Below, piece after piece: positions 9,555 through 19,054 of a DNA stretch of 59,586 bases. Positions within the stretch are counted from its first letter, which is position 1. Each line of letters begins with the position of its first letter. A program made the position numbers and the translations under genes. The stretch is taken from NCBI GenBank assembly GCA_005223085.1, contig NJBP01000006.1, positions 1 through 59,586 of the forward strand, read 5' to 3'. Source of the stretch: Candidatus Aerophobetes bacterium Ae_b3b. Lineage in GTDB: Bacteria; Aerophobota; Aerophobia; Aerophobales; AE-B3A. Below the pieces are notes generated by a model. The model had not been told where the DNA came from and did not search any database. It saw only the letters and a program-made list of their open reading frames with translations.

Positions 9555-10850
9555 ATGAAGAAACTACTATTGCTTTCACTCGTGTTAGTTATCTCCGGTT
9601 TGATTTTTGCTGGTGGTATGGCAGAAGGAAAGGAAACCGTGGTTTGGTGGCATCATATGCCATTAGATGGAGCTCAGGGTAAGTTGTTTCAGAAGTATAT
9701 GGAGGAGTTTGAAGCAAAAAATCCGGATATCGATGTGGTAATGGAATCAATCCCGCATGCACAGTATATTACTAAACTCCCCACTGCGATTGCGGCTGGT
9801 GAAGCACCTGATCTCTTTGGTCTTTCCTATCGTCAGCTCTATACTTACTATGAAAATGGTGTTCTGACTCCAATGGATAGGATTGCTTTTGATGCAGCGG
9901 GTGTGACATCTCTGGAAGAACTGAAAAAGCAATGGGCGCCGGGAGCACTTGAAGTTTATCAGGTGGGTGACAACTATTATGGTTTGCCTTTTCAGTTCAA
10001 TATTTACGCTTACGTAATTAATACAAAACACTTCAAGGAAGCCGGGTTAGATCCAGATAAAGATTATCCGAAAACCTGGGATGAGGTGTATGAAGTTGCC
10101 CAAAAATTGGTTATAAAAAAGGATGGTCGAATTGTACGGCAGGCGATATCTTTCCCGTTTGTTCATTCGGCCGCCTGGTATATGCTTGAACTTGAGCCGA
10201 TTATGCGGGAGCAAGAAGGCTCTATCCTCAATGAAGATCAGACTGAAAGTCTGGTAAACAGCGAAGCTGGAATTAAAGCGATGGAAGAGATTAAGAGGAG
10301 ATTTGATTTAGGGGTTGCTGACAAAGATATTGCGGCTGTTTTAGATTACTATAACGAGGGGTTTCCAAAAGGCGAGTTTTCAATGATAATCGGTGGGAAC
10401 TGGGGTCCTCCTCGCTGGTATATAAACTTCCCAGACATTACTGAAGAAGGAGATTTTAAAGCTATCCCTTATCCAACCTATCCCGGGAAATCGACCGCAA
10501 TCAGCACGACAAGCTGGGCATGGGTGGTCTTCTCTCGGAGTGAGCACAAAGAAGCTGCCTGGAAACTGACGAATTACATTACTTCTATGCCCTCAAGAAA
10601 CATCATAGAAACTGGTGACATTATCCCAAGAGCCGGGTGGTCAGAGACAGAAGGCGCTAAAACCATCCCACAAGCTAAGTTCTGGGAAGAGATGCTCCAG
10701 TACTCGGTTCCTCTGGCGAACTTCAAAAAATATCCTGAGGTCTCAGAACCCCTGAAACGGGCAATGCAGGATATTCTGCTGTCAGGAAAGGATATCAAAA
10801 CAACGCTTGATGCCGTGAAAAAAGAAATTGATATGGCATTGGAAGACTAA
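9555..10850 (+). CDS. Carbohydrate ABC transporter substrate-binding protein
   Basis: Signal peptide; FEAKNPDI, AGEAPDL, YGLPF and PKTWDE SBP_bac_1 motifs; strong RBS. Confidence 0.93.
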   Translation: MKKLLLLSLVLVISGLIFAGGMAEGKETVVWWHHMPLDGAQGKLFQKYMEEFEAKNPDIDVVMESIPHAQYITKLPTAIAAGEAPDLFGLSYRQLYTYYENGVLTPMDRIAFDAAGVTSLEELKKQWAPGALEVYQVGDNYYGLPFQFNIYAYVINTKHFKEAGLDPDKDYPKTWDEVYEVAQKLVIKKDGRIVRQAISFPFVHSAAWYMLELEPIMREQEGSILNEDQTESLVNSEAGIKAMEEIKRRFDLGVADKDIAAVLDYYNEGFPKGEFSMIIGGNWGPPRWYINFPDITEEGDFKAIPYPTYPGKSTAISTTSWAWVVFSRSEHKEAAWKLTNYITSMPSRNIIETGDIIPRAGWSETEGAKTIPQAKFWEEMLQYSVPLANFKKYPEVSEPLKRAMQDILLSGKDIKTTLDAVKKEIDMALED

Positions 10851-10862
10851 TCGGGTTTCCGA

Positions 10863-10893
10863 AACTCAGGGCAGGTTTTTCCTGCCCTGAGTT
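10863..10893 (+). terminator. Intercistronic hairpin after the SBP gene (terminator or mRNA stabiliser)
   Basis: 13-bp perfect stem AACTCAGGGCAGG / CCTGCCCTGAGTT. Confidence 0.7.
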
Positions 10894-10974
10894 ATTTAAT
10901 GTGGTATCGGTATCATTTAAAGGATCAAACAAAATCCTTGAATTGTGAATTAAAAGGAAGGTAGGAGGCCAAGC

Positions 10975-11859
10975 ATGGCAGCTAGGCCTGTTCCATATTT
11001 TATTAGAAAACGCCGATTGACGGGTTTTCTATTTTTTTTGCCGGCATTGATTTTCATTATAATCTTTTTATTAGGACCGATCATTGTTGCAATAGGAATT
11101 AGTTTAACTAAGTACTCCATTTTATCCGCACCAAAATTCGTCGGTTTCAAAAATTATATCAGAATTTTCAACATGCCAACTTTTTGGAAATCATTAAGTA
11201 TAACAGGGATCTATATTGTATCTCGTTTGTTCTTTATTTTTTTAATTGCCTTTTTTATGGCTACTATCATTAACAAGAGAATTCCTCTTGCTGGATTTTT
11301 TCAGTCAGCTTATTTCATGCCCTATGTTTTCCCTTTAGCAGTCACAGCAATCGTCTGGAAGATCTTTTACAGACCTTTTGGTTTTATTGAGAGCTTGACC
11401 AATTTATTTGGTATAGAAGTAATTGGCTGGCTTTCCTCAGAAAGAACAGCACTGATTGCCGTCACCATTACCACAGTCTGGTCTGCGGTGGGCTATTATT
11501 CAGTTATTATTCTTGCTGGTTTGCAAACCATTCCAAAGGCAGCGCTTGAGTCGAGTGCTATAGATGGTGCTAATAGATTTCAGACTTTCTTTTATATCAT
11601 TCTTCCTCTGTTAAAGCCGACTCTTTTCTATTTTATCGTGGTTGGAACCATCAATTCAATCCGAGGCTTTTCTCCTTTCTTAGTTATGACTCAGGGAGGA
11701 CCAGGAGATGCGACCCGGGTGATCGGATATATGATTTATGAATACGGTTTTGTTTATCTGAAAATGGGGATCGGGTCTGCGATGTCTGTTATTCTTTTAA
11801 TTATTATCCTCATTTTCACATTGATTCAGAGAAAATTCTTTAGATATGAGGGGGGTTAA
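10975..11859 (+). CDS. Carbohydrate ABC transporter permease (MalF/UgpA-like)
   Basis: FVGFKNY, AGLQTIP..ESSAIDGAN EAA loop, MTQGGPG. Confidence 0.93.
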   Translation: MAARPVPYFIRKRRLTGFLFFLPALIFIIIFLLGPIIVAIGISLTKYSILSAPKFVGFKNYIRIFNMPTFWKSLSITGIYIVSRLFFIFLIAFFMATIINKRIPLAGFFQSAYFMPYVFPLAVTAIVWKIFYRPFGFIESLTNLFGIEVIGWLSSERTALIAVTITTVWSAVGYYSVIILAGLQTIPKAALESSAIDGANRFQTFFYIILPLLKPTLFYFIVVGTINSIRGFSPFLVMTQGGPGDATRVIGYMIYEYGFVYLKMGIGSAMSVILLIIILIFTLIQRKFFRYEGG

Positions 11860-12709
11860 GATGCTTAAAAAAATTAGGAAGTCCAAAAAGACGGAAAAAG
11901 TAATTGAGGGAATGCTTTTTATTGTTGCTGCAATTATCGCTCTTATGTTTTTATTTCCAATGGTTTATACAGTGATCTCTTCCTTAAAACCATTGGAGGA
12001 TATCACAAGTGTTCCTATGCGGTGGATACCAAGAGAGATTCGTCTGCGGAATTTTATCGAGCCCTTTATAGAGAAGAATTTTGGAATCTATTTTTTTAAC
12101 AGTGCCCTTGTAACTACAACAGTTACCTTTTTATCCCTATTTTTTTGCTCTCTCGCTGGATATAGTCTAACAAAATTCGACTATAAAGGAAAAAATTTTT
12201 TCTTCATTCTGGTTCTGATGACTATGATGGTTCCCATTGAGATAACCATTGTTCCCTTAGCTATCATTGTCAGGAAATTGGGCTGGATGAATAGTTATCC
12301 TGGATTAATTGTTCCTGTAGCGATTACACCATTTGGTATCTTCTGGATGCGGCAGTTTATGATTACTATCCCTAAAGATTATGCTGAAGCAGGAAGGATA
12401 GATGGCTTAAGTGAGTTTGGGATATTTATGAAGTTGATTCTTCCTCTCTGCAAGCCCGCTCTGGGAGCTCTGGCAATTTTTACTTTTATGGGGAATTGGA
12501 ATAGCCTGATCTGGCCGTTGATTGTTGCGTCTAAGGACCAATATAGGACCATTACTGTCGGTCTGGTTGCCTTTGAAGGAGAGTTTTTCACTCCCTATAA
12601 TCATCTTTTTGCCATGTCAGTGGTTGCCGTCCTCCCGACCTTGGTGATCTTTTTAATTTTACGAACCAAACTCATCAAAGGTCTGGCTATGGTTGGTATT
12701 AAAGGGTAA
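11846..12709 (+). CDS. Carbohydrate ABC transporter permease (MalG/UgpE-like)
   Basis: EAGRIDG EAA loop, WNSLIWPL; alternative start at 11861. Confidence 0.93.
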   Translation: MRGVKMLKKIRKSKKTEKVIEGMLFIVAAIIALMFLFPMVYTVISSLKPLEDITSVPMRWIPREIRLRNFIEPFIEKNFGIYFFNSALVTTTVTFLSLFFCSLAGYSLTKFDYKGKNFFFILVLMTMMVPIEITIVPLAIIVRKLGWMNSYPGLIVPVAITPFGIFWMRQFMITIPKDYAEAGRIDGLSEFGIFMKLILPLCKPALGALAIFTFMGNWNSLIWPLIVASKDQYRTITVGLVAFEGEFFTPYNHLFAMSVVAVLPTLVIFLILRTKLIKGLAMVGIKG

Positions 12710-12916
12710 GTACAAGATTGATCGCACGTTTCTGCCCCCGCATGGCAATCGCCTGATCTGGCTTATCAATTACCTTGCTAAGCTCTTCATGGTTGCCTCT
12801 GCAGGCATAAGTTCGGAAAAACACTCGATTCTTTTTTGCCCCATAGATAACTTGATGAGCGGGACAGTTTCTGCATCGTCTTCGTAACTTTTTGCCCCGA
12901 GGAGAGACGAAAAGAT

Positions 12917-13006
12917 TCTGCTCTTTCCATATTGCCGATCTTGGTGCTTTTCATCTTCTTAAGGGGGAGATTCATCGAAGGGGTGACTCTCGCTGGTTTG
13001 AAATAA
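12917..13006 (+). pseudogene. 3' remnant of a second MalG-type permease
   Basis: Reads SALSILPILVLFIFLRGRFIEGVTLAGLK*, paralleling the C-terminus of 11846-12709 (VLPTLVIFLILRTKLIKGLAMVGIKG). Confidence 0.7.
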
Positions 13007-13086
13007 CTGAACAATTCAAAAATTATAGATTGTTGATATAAAATTCGATGCAACGTTAGCTAAATTGCCAGGGAGAGGAAGCCAAT

Positions 13087-13971
13087 TTGCCAATGGAATC
13101 CATGATGAGGATATCTCGTGTCGGTATCTCCACCTGGGTATACTTTTGGAGACCGCTAACAGAAGTATTAAAGGACATTGTAGAAGCCACCTATCCTTAC
13201 GTGGAGATATGGGCTGATAAAACGCATTTAGACCCCAGAATTTCTCCTGATCTTTCAGCGGTGAAAGATTTGTTGAATAGCCTTCATCTTAAGGTACACT
13301 CATTGCATGCTCCCTTTTCAGGTGTCAATATTGCTTCGCTAGATGAGGAGGAAAGAAAAAATTCTCTAGAGCATATAAAAAAATCAATGGAATCCTGCTC
13401 AGAAATAGAAGGAGAGATAGTAATTATCCATCCCTTTTCCACTGAAACATCTGGCGATGATCAAAGCTACCTCAGAGCAAAAAATAAAACGGAAGATTCT
13501 CTTTGTACATTAGCAACTTTCGCAGAAAAATTAGGAATAAAGCTCGCCGTTGAGAACATGACTGGGAAAAGACGCGTTGGGTCTGATATATCAGAGTTAA
13601 TTGAATTAGTTACAAAAATAAATAACCCTTGCCTAGGCTTGTGTTTGGACACTGGACATAGTTTTGTGGGAAAAGAAGATGTCGATCTTTCAAAGAATGT
13701 TTTGGAGTGCGGAAGGAATTTATTTGCCCTCCACATTCAAGATACAGACGGAAAAAAGGATCGACATTGGCTACCCGGCCAAGGCATCATCAACTGGGCA
13801 CAGTTTATGAAAGATCTTGTCTCCATTGACTACCAGGGAGTTCTAACCTTAGAGATTTCTGGCAGTCCGGAATTTGCAGAGAGAAATGTCGATCATATAC
13901 TCCCGAAGGCTATGGAATCAATCAAAAATGTCTTGAAGTTACGAGAGAGCATAGGGAGAAGGAGAAGCTGA
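13087..13971 (+). CDS. Sugar phosphate isomerase/epimerase (AP endonuclease 2 TIM-barrel family)
   Basis: SLHAPF, LAVENM, CLDTGH, HIQD, HWLPGQG.INW and LTLE metal-binding motifs. Confidence 0.9.
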   Translation: MPMESMMRISRVGISTWVYFWRPLTEVLKDIVEATYPYVEIWADKTHLDPRISPDLSAVKDLLNSLHLKVHSLHAPFSGVNIASLDEEERKNSLEHIKKSMESCSEIEGEIVIIHPFSTETSGDDQSYLRAKNKTEDSLCTLATFAEKLGIKLAVENMTGKRRVGSDISELIELVTKINNPCLGLCLDTGHSFVGKEDVDLSKNVLECGRNLFALHIQDTDGKKDRHWLPGQGIINWAQFMKDLVSIDYQGVLTLEISGSPEFAERNVDHILPKAMESIKNVLKLRESIGRRRS

Positions 13972-13973
13972 TC

Positions 13974-15083
13974 ATAAATTCGAAACAAAGAGTTCTTGCG
14001 GCTATAGCTCATCAGCAGCCAGATAAGGTACCCGTTGACTATTGGGCAGTTCCTGAGGTTGACAAGATTCTATTAGGGAAATTCCAGTTAGGAAATAGAG
14101 AAGAGCTTTTAAATAAGCTCCAGGTGGATTTTCGTTACGTTAAGCCAGTCTATGCCGGCTCAGGTTTTAAAGAAGAATCTGATGAAAGTCTGCATAGAGA
14201 GCTTTCCGATGGAACTTTTGTCGACATCTGGGGAGTGAAGCGAAAAAAGGTCAACTGGGGCAGAGGAAGTTACCTGGAGATGATTGAATCACCCCTAAGA
14301 GATGCAAGTAGCGTGAAGGAAATCGAAAATAATACCTGGCCCCGTGTGGAAGACTTTGATTATCAATCAATCTCCCGACAATGTTGTAAGTATAAAGATC
14401 TAGCCATTATCTTAACCGGAGACAGATTAACTACTCGGGCAAGTGTATTTAAGTTAGCCATGTATCTTAGAGGGATGGATAAATTCCTCATGGATCTAGT
14501 ATTAAATCCAAAGTTAGTAGAGGCTTTGGTAGGGAAATTATTGGAGTTTCACCTTGAACATAACCGGCGAATCTTCGAAGCCGCGGCTAAAGAAATAGAC
14601 ATATTCATGTTAGGAGACGATTTTGGCAGCGAAAATGGGTTGCTTATTAGTCTCCCCATGTTCCGCAGATTCTTTAAGCCGGCCTTGCGATGCCTGATTG
14701 ACTCAGCTAAAAAATTTAATTTGAAGACCATGCTCCACTCGTGTGGCGCAGTAAGGGAGATAATTCCAGATCTTATCGGAATGGGCCTTGATATATTAAA
14801 CCCTATTCAAATCCGGGCTAAAGGTATGGACCCTGAAGACCTTAAAAGGGAGTTTGGGAGGGATATATGTTTTCATGGTTCCATAGATGTACAAAAAGAG
14901 CTGCCTTTCCGAACTCCGGAGGAGATAAGAAAAATCGTTAGATCACGAATCAAAATTCTGGGAAAGAATGGGGGGTTTATCTTAGCTCCCTCTCATAATT
15001 TGCAGCTAGACATCCCGATTGACAATATAGTTGCCATGTATGAAGCAGAACGGGAATATACCAAGCTAGAGCCTAAAACTTAA
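13974..15083 (+). CDS. Uroporphyrinogen decarboxylase-family (MtaA/CmuA-like) protein
   Basis: Frame is open 50 codons upstream of the ORF-track start and reads (I)NSKQRVLAAIAHQQPDKVPVD; also LRGMD, GDDFG, HSCG, NPIQ and GGFILAPSHN motifs. Confidence 0.88.
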   Translation: MNSKQRVLAAIAHQQPDKVPVDYWAVPEVDKILLGKFQLGNREELLNKLQVDFRYVKPVYAGSGFKEESDESLHRELSDGTFVDIWGVKRKKVNWGRGSYLEMIESPLRDASSVKEIENNTWPRVEDFDYQSISRQCCKYKDLAIILTGDRLTTRASVFKLAMYLRGMDKFLMDLVLNPKLVEALVGKLLEFHLEHNRRIFEAAAKEIDIFMLGDDFGSENGLLISLPMFRRFFKPALRCLIDSAKKFNLKTMLHSCGAVREIIPDLIGMGLDILNPIQIRAKGMDPEDLKREFGRDICFHGSIDVQKELPFRTPEEIRKIVRSRIKILGKNGGFILAPSHNLQLDIPIDNIVAMYEAEREYTKLEPKT

Positions 15084-15128
15084 GGCCAATTTTTAAAAAA
15101 TAACCGATTCTCACCCACCAAATCTCAA

Positions 15129-16364
15129 TCACCTTTTTACTGCCCATATTGCCCTTACTCCAATTAATTGGATTATAGCTACCAGGACAAAAAGCAATTT
15201 CCAGTTCCCTCCGGTAAGAGTCAATATTGCTCCCAGTACAACTGCTTGTAGAGCAGCAAACATGTAGGCTACCCATTCCATGATCCCGGCTGCTGTTCCG
15301 GTCTGATTTTTCCCGGCAAGATCGGCACATAATGCCCAAATGGGACCTTCGCCTCCAAAAATAGATAGTCCCACCAAAAATAGAAAAATGCCGCCAAGGA
15401 CTAAATTGGCCGGAGGAATAAAACCCATCATCACGGTACATGCGGCTGCCGTCATCAAAAGACTGCTCGCCATTTGGTATCGCTTAGCCCCGAAAAATTT
15501 ATCGCTAATCCATCCTGATAGTACAGGTCCGATGCCCATCCCCAAGGGCAGAGCTAAAGATAGAGCAGCCACTTTCATAATGGAAAATCCTAAAGCTTCA
15601 GAGTAATAAAGAGGTATCCAGGTAAGAAAAAAATAGCGGGTCAGGTGAGCTGTGCCCACCGCCAAACAAGCCAGATCAAACTTCCGGTTCTTTAAAACAT
15701 TGAAATATGGCTTAATTCCTGTTATTTTCTCTAGTTCTTCCTTCTTTTCTTCCCCATAATCCTCCAGACCTACCTCATGGGGGTAGTTTCTTACCGTAAA
15801 GAAATAAACCATGGACATCACGCCGAGAAATAAAGGAGGAATTCGAAAAATTCCGCGCCAGCCCCAGTGAACTCCTACCCAACCTCCAAGCAGCCAAATC
15901 ATTACCGTTGCCCAGCCACAGGAGGATAAAAGAACTCCCATGGCAAATCCTCTTTGTCTGCTAGGCCACCAATTGGCGACTAATCTGGTGCCAGGGGACC
16001 AGCCCATGGCTTGAACAAAACCATTAATTGCCCAGGGGAAGGCCAAGCCCCCCACCGTTCTGGCAAAGCTACAAAGCCAGTTAACCCCAAGACTCAATAG
16101 GCCGCCTGTGGTTACCAGTAACCTTCCCCCAATTTTATCGCTCAGCCGACCCCACAGAAGGTGGCTAAAACCATAGGTCCAGAAGAGGCAGGCTGAAATA
16201 AATCCCAATTGGGCCTCGGTCCAGCCGAACTCTTTTTTCAGCAAAGGAATAGCAAGGGCAATATTCTGACGACCGGCATAGTAAAAAAAGTAGAGCAACC
16301 CAAAGCCCAGTAAGACCCGCCATTGCCATCTCCTGAATTTATTTTTGTAACTTCTATTTTTCAT
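15129..16364 (-). CDS. MFS transporter, organophosphate:Pi antiporter (GlpT/UhpC-like) family
   Basis: YYAGRQN, GRLSDKIG, NGFVQAMGW, WWPSRQRG, GTAAG. Confidence 0.88.
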   Translation of the reverse strand: MKNRSYKNKFRRWQWRVLLGFGLLYFFYYAGRQNIALAIPLLKKEFGWTEAQLGFISACLFWTYGFSHLLWGRLSDKIGGRLLVTTGGLLSLGVNWLCSFARTVGGLAFPWAINGFVQAMGWSPGTRLVANWWPSRQRGFAMGVLLSSCGWATVMIWLLGGWVGVHWGWRGIFRIPPLFLGVMSMVYFFTVRNYPHEVGLEDYGEEKKEELEKITGIKPYFNVLKNRKFDLACLAVGTAHLTRYFFLTWIPLYYSEALGFSIMKVAALSLALPLGMGIGPVLSGWISDKFFGAKRYQMASSLLMTAAACTVMMGFIPPANLVLGGIFLFLVGLSIFGGEGPIWALCADLAGKNQTGTAAGIMEWVAYMFAALQAVVLGAILTLTGGNWKLLFVLVAIIQLIGVRAIWAVKR

Positions 16365-16405
16365 CTTTTCCTTTGGGGTAGGTGAAAAAGTGCTCAGGAG
16401 GTAGT

Positions 16406-16828
16406 CTAGGAGTTAATTGAATAGGGATTGAAATCTAATGGCTTTAGGAGATTCCTGGCCAATTTTGCACTTTGGTCCAAATAAAATAGATGAGTGGGAC
16501 AGCTACAGTCGCGGGAGCCAAATTTCTTAGCCACCAGGGGTGGGTTGGGTCTTTCAAGGATCTTTCTTGCGGTAAGACATTCAATTCGCCTATCCTCGGC
16601 GATCCATACTTCCTTTATCCTGGCTTCCCACTGACTCAGTAGATAGTCTATGTGCCAGAATTTTTTCTTTCTCTTCCTAAGATGTCTTGCAATTCTTGTC
16701 CCAAGACTATTCTGGCCAGATCCCACATATAGATAGTATCCTTTCTTAAAATTTATCTTTCCTAGTTTACCCACAGAAATTCTTTTATCACTGATAAGTT
16801 CCATAATTATAGCATAGGTGCCCCTCAT
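16406..16828 (-). CDS. GIY-YIG/Uri-superfamily nuclease (DUF123-like)
   Basis: GTY...YLYVGS, RIARH, WHIDYL, EC and FGSRDCSCPTHL motifs. Confidence 0.85.
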   Translation of the reverse strand: MRGTYAIIMELISDKRISVGKLGKINFKKGYYLYVGSGQNSLGTRIARHLRKRKKKFWHIDYLLSQWEARIKEVWIAEDRRIECLTARKILERPNPPLVAKKFGSRDCSCPTHLFYLDQSAKLARNLLKPLDFNPYSINS

Positions 16829-16971
16829 CTGCTTACCCCAATCTACCTATGAGGATATTTTTGATGGTCAACAAGGCGGTGGCACTTGTCCAAAAGGTTG
16901 GGCACGAGCTTGTCGCTACTGCTGATGCTCTAGGGTTACCCCACCGCGTGGCTGCTACTTTATGAAGCCCA

Positions 16972-18183
16972 TCAGCTACAAAGCTCCCCTATTAATCTCA
17001 GGTAATCCTTGAAATGGCGGGTGATGAGAAACTTGTCCCTAACCGCTTCCCTACCAGCCTGTCCCATTTCTCGAGCACGGGAGCTATTTTGTAATAGATA
17101 CTCAACCTTATCTGCTGCCTCCTCAATTGAGTTAACTAAAAATCCATTTTCACCGTGCTTTATCTGCATTCTTATCCCTCCAACGTTACCTGCCACGACA
17201 GGACGAGCTTTCCACAGAGCTTCGGTAACTGTCAATCCAAATCCTTCTTTTAATGATTTTTGAATTACAATGTCAGCACCTCTTTGCAGGGCATTTATCT
17301 CAAAAAAGCTTTCGGGGGCGAGGTTCAAAATATGAATATCCGGATCGCCTCCGGCTTCCTCCTTTACCTGCTTAAGAACCTGGGAACCTTCCGGGTCATC
17401 CTTTGCTTCCCCTCCTGCCAAAATCAATCGACAATCGAACCTTTTTTTAACCCCTCGATATACCTTTATTACCCCTATAGGGTCCTTAAAATAATCAAAA
17501 CGGGAGACCTGAAGCAATATGGGTTTATCCTGGGGGATTTTTAATTTTCTGAATACCCTTTTTATCTGGTCAGTTGAAAGCTCCTTATTTTTCTCACTTA
17601 AAGGGTCTATGGAAGGAGGAATTATATAATAAGCTAAAGGTAAAGGTTGAATAAAATCCTCGATGGAAAATATAGCAGCATCGTATCTTGCAATATAAGA
17701 GTATAGAAAATCCCACACCTTTTTATCTGGATGGGAAAGATCTATATGACACCTCCAGATCCATTTGTTATCTTCTTCAACCTTAATCAGGGCTGCAGGT
17801 TGTGGATCGTGAATCACCACCACATCTGAAGTAAGGTCAATCCTTTTAATATTTTCTTCACTTACTCTCCGGTACTCATTCAGCATATCCTGGGTTATAT
17901 TCTGTTTTTCTCGGAAAGAGCGCCCCTGCAGCAAATTATGAAAAAACTTAGTCGTCCAAAAGAACTTTTCTGTTCCCTGGATTACCTCCCAGCGGCAAGG
18001 AATACCTACGAGGTTGAATAAAGGCACCAAACTTCGCAAAATCTCTACCACTCCTCCACCCTTATGGGTTGAGTTGATATGCGTGACCGAGACACCCTTA
18101 ATTTTATCCGCAAGTACCAGTATTTCTTCAATTTCACCGGACCCCACAATCTTTTCATATGCCGACAGATGAGAAACTACCAT
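16972..18183 (-). CDS. treT: Trehalose glycosyltransferring synthase TreT (GT4)
   Basis: HINST.KGGGVVEIL, IHDPQP, WRCHID, QVSRFDYFKDP, EGFGLTVTEALWK. Confidence 0.88.
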   Translation of the reverse strand: MVVSHLSAYEKIVGSGEIEEILVLADKIKGVSVTHINSTHKGGGVVEILRSLVPLFNLVGIPCRWEVIQGTEKFFWTTKFFHNLLQGRSFREKQNITQDMLNEYRRVSEENIKRIDLTSDVVVIHDPQPAALIKVEEDNKWIWRCHIDLSHPDKKVWDFLYSYIARYDAAIFSIEDFIQPLPLAYYIIPPSIDPLSEKNKELSTDQIKRVFRKLKIPQDKPILLQVSRFDYFKDPIGVIKVYRGVKKRFDCRLILAGGEAKDDPEGSQVLKQVKEEAGGDPDIHILNLAPESFFEINALQRGADIVIQKSLKEGFGLTVTEALWKARPVVAGNVGGIRMQIKHGENGFLVNSIEEAADKVEYLLQNSSRAREMGQAGREAVRDKFLITRHFKDYLRLIGELCS

Positions 18184-18193
18184 ATCTTTATCC

Positions 18194-19054
18194 TTACTCT
18201 TTAATTGAGCCTGCTAAAATTCCTCGTACAAAATAACGCTGCAACCCAAAAAAGACGGCAAGCGAGGGAACAATGGAGATAAATACCGCTGCGGTGAGGA
18301 GTTCCCAATCCTGGCCGTAGGAGCCAACCAAACTGCTTATCTGAACAGTAATGGGTGCCACATCGGGTGTTCCTCCCAGGTAGATAAGGGCGACCAGAAG
18401 GTCATTCCATACCCACAAGAATTGAAAGATGGTAAGGGAGGCAATAATAGGCACAGAAAGCGGCAGTACAATATACAAAAAAATATAAAATGGGGGTGCC
18501 CCATCGATAGAAGCAGAATCAAAAAGCTCTTTGGGTAGTCCTGAGATGAAATTGTAGAGCATATATATTGCCAGAGGAAGCCCGTAGCCGCTATGCGCTA
18601 ACCAGATCCCCGGGAAGGTGCCGGCAAGACCTGATTTATTAAAAATCTGCAAAATTGGAATAAAGGTCATCTGGAGAGGAACCATCAAAAGTGCTATTAT
18701 AATCATAAAAACAAAGGTACGGGCAAAAAATCTCATCCAGGCAAGAGCATAAGCTGCAAATAACGCTATGCCCAGAGGTATTAGCGTAGCGGGAAGGGTG
18801 ATGAGGAAGCTGTTTAAAAAGGCTCTTCCTATACCCAAGCGGCTCAGAACCACCTCATAATTTCTTAAGGTAAGACGAACCGAGCTAAATATACTTTCAA
18901 ATACTGTCCACCAGCCGCTATTTGCTACATCCTGAGCCGGCCTAAAGGAGGTAACCAGTACCCCAATGGTGGGAATCAACCACAAGAGAGCAATGAAGAT
19001 AATTACCGTGTGCAAAAGTCCTCGAGATAGGCTTCTGCTCATCTTTTCTGTCAC
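18194..19054 (-). CDS. Alpha-glucoside ABC transporter permease (AglG-like)
   Basis: SGWWTVF, AAYALAWM, WLAHSGYGLPLA, FLWVWNDLLVAL. Confidence 0.88.
   Translation of the reverse strand: MTEKMSRSLSRGLLHTVIIFIALLWLIPTIGVLVTSFRPAQDVANSGWWTVFESIFSSVRLTLRNYEVVLSRLGIGRAFLNSFLITLPATLIPLGIALFAAYALAWMRFFARTFVFMIIIALLMVPLQMTFIPILQIFNKSGLAGTFPGIWLAHSGYGLPLAIYMLYNFISGLPKELFDSASIDGAPPFYIFLYIVLPLSVPIIASLTIFQFLWVWNDLLVALIYLGGTPDVAPITVQISSLVGSYGQDWELLTAAVFISIVPSLAVFFGLQRYFVRGILAGSIKE

Noticed and set aside
12787-13053. Minus-strand 88-aa ORF
   Set aside because: Antisense shadow of the plus-strand permease remnant
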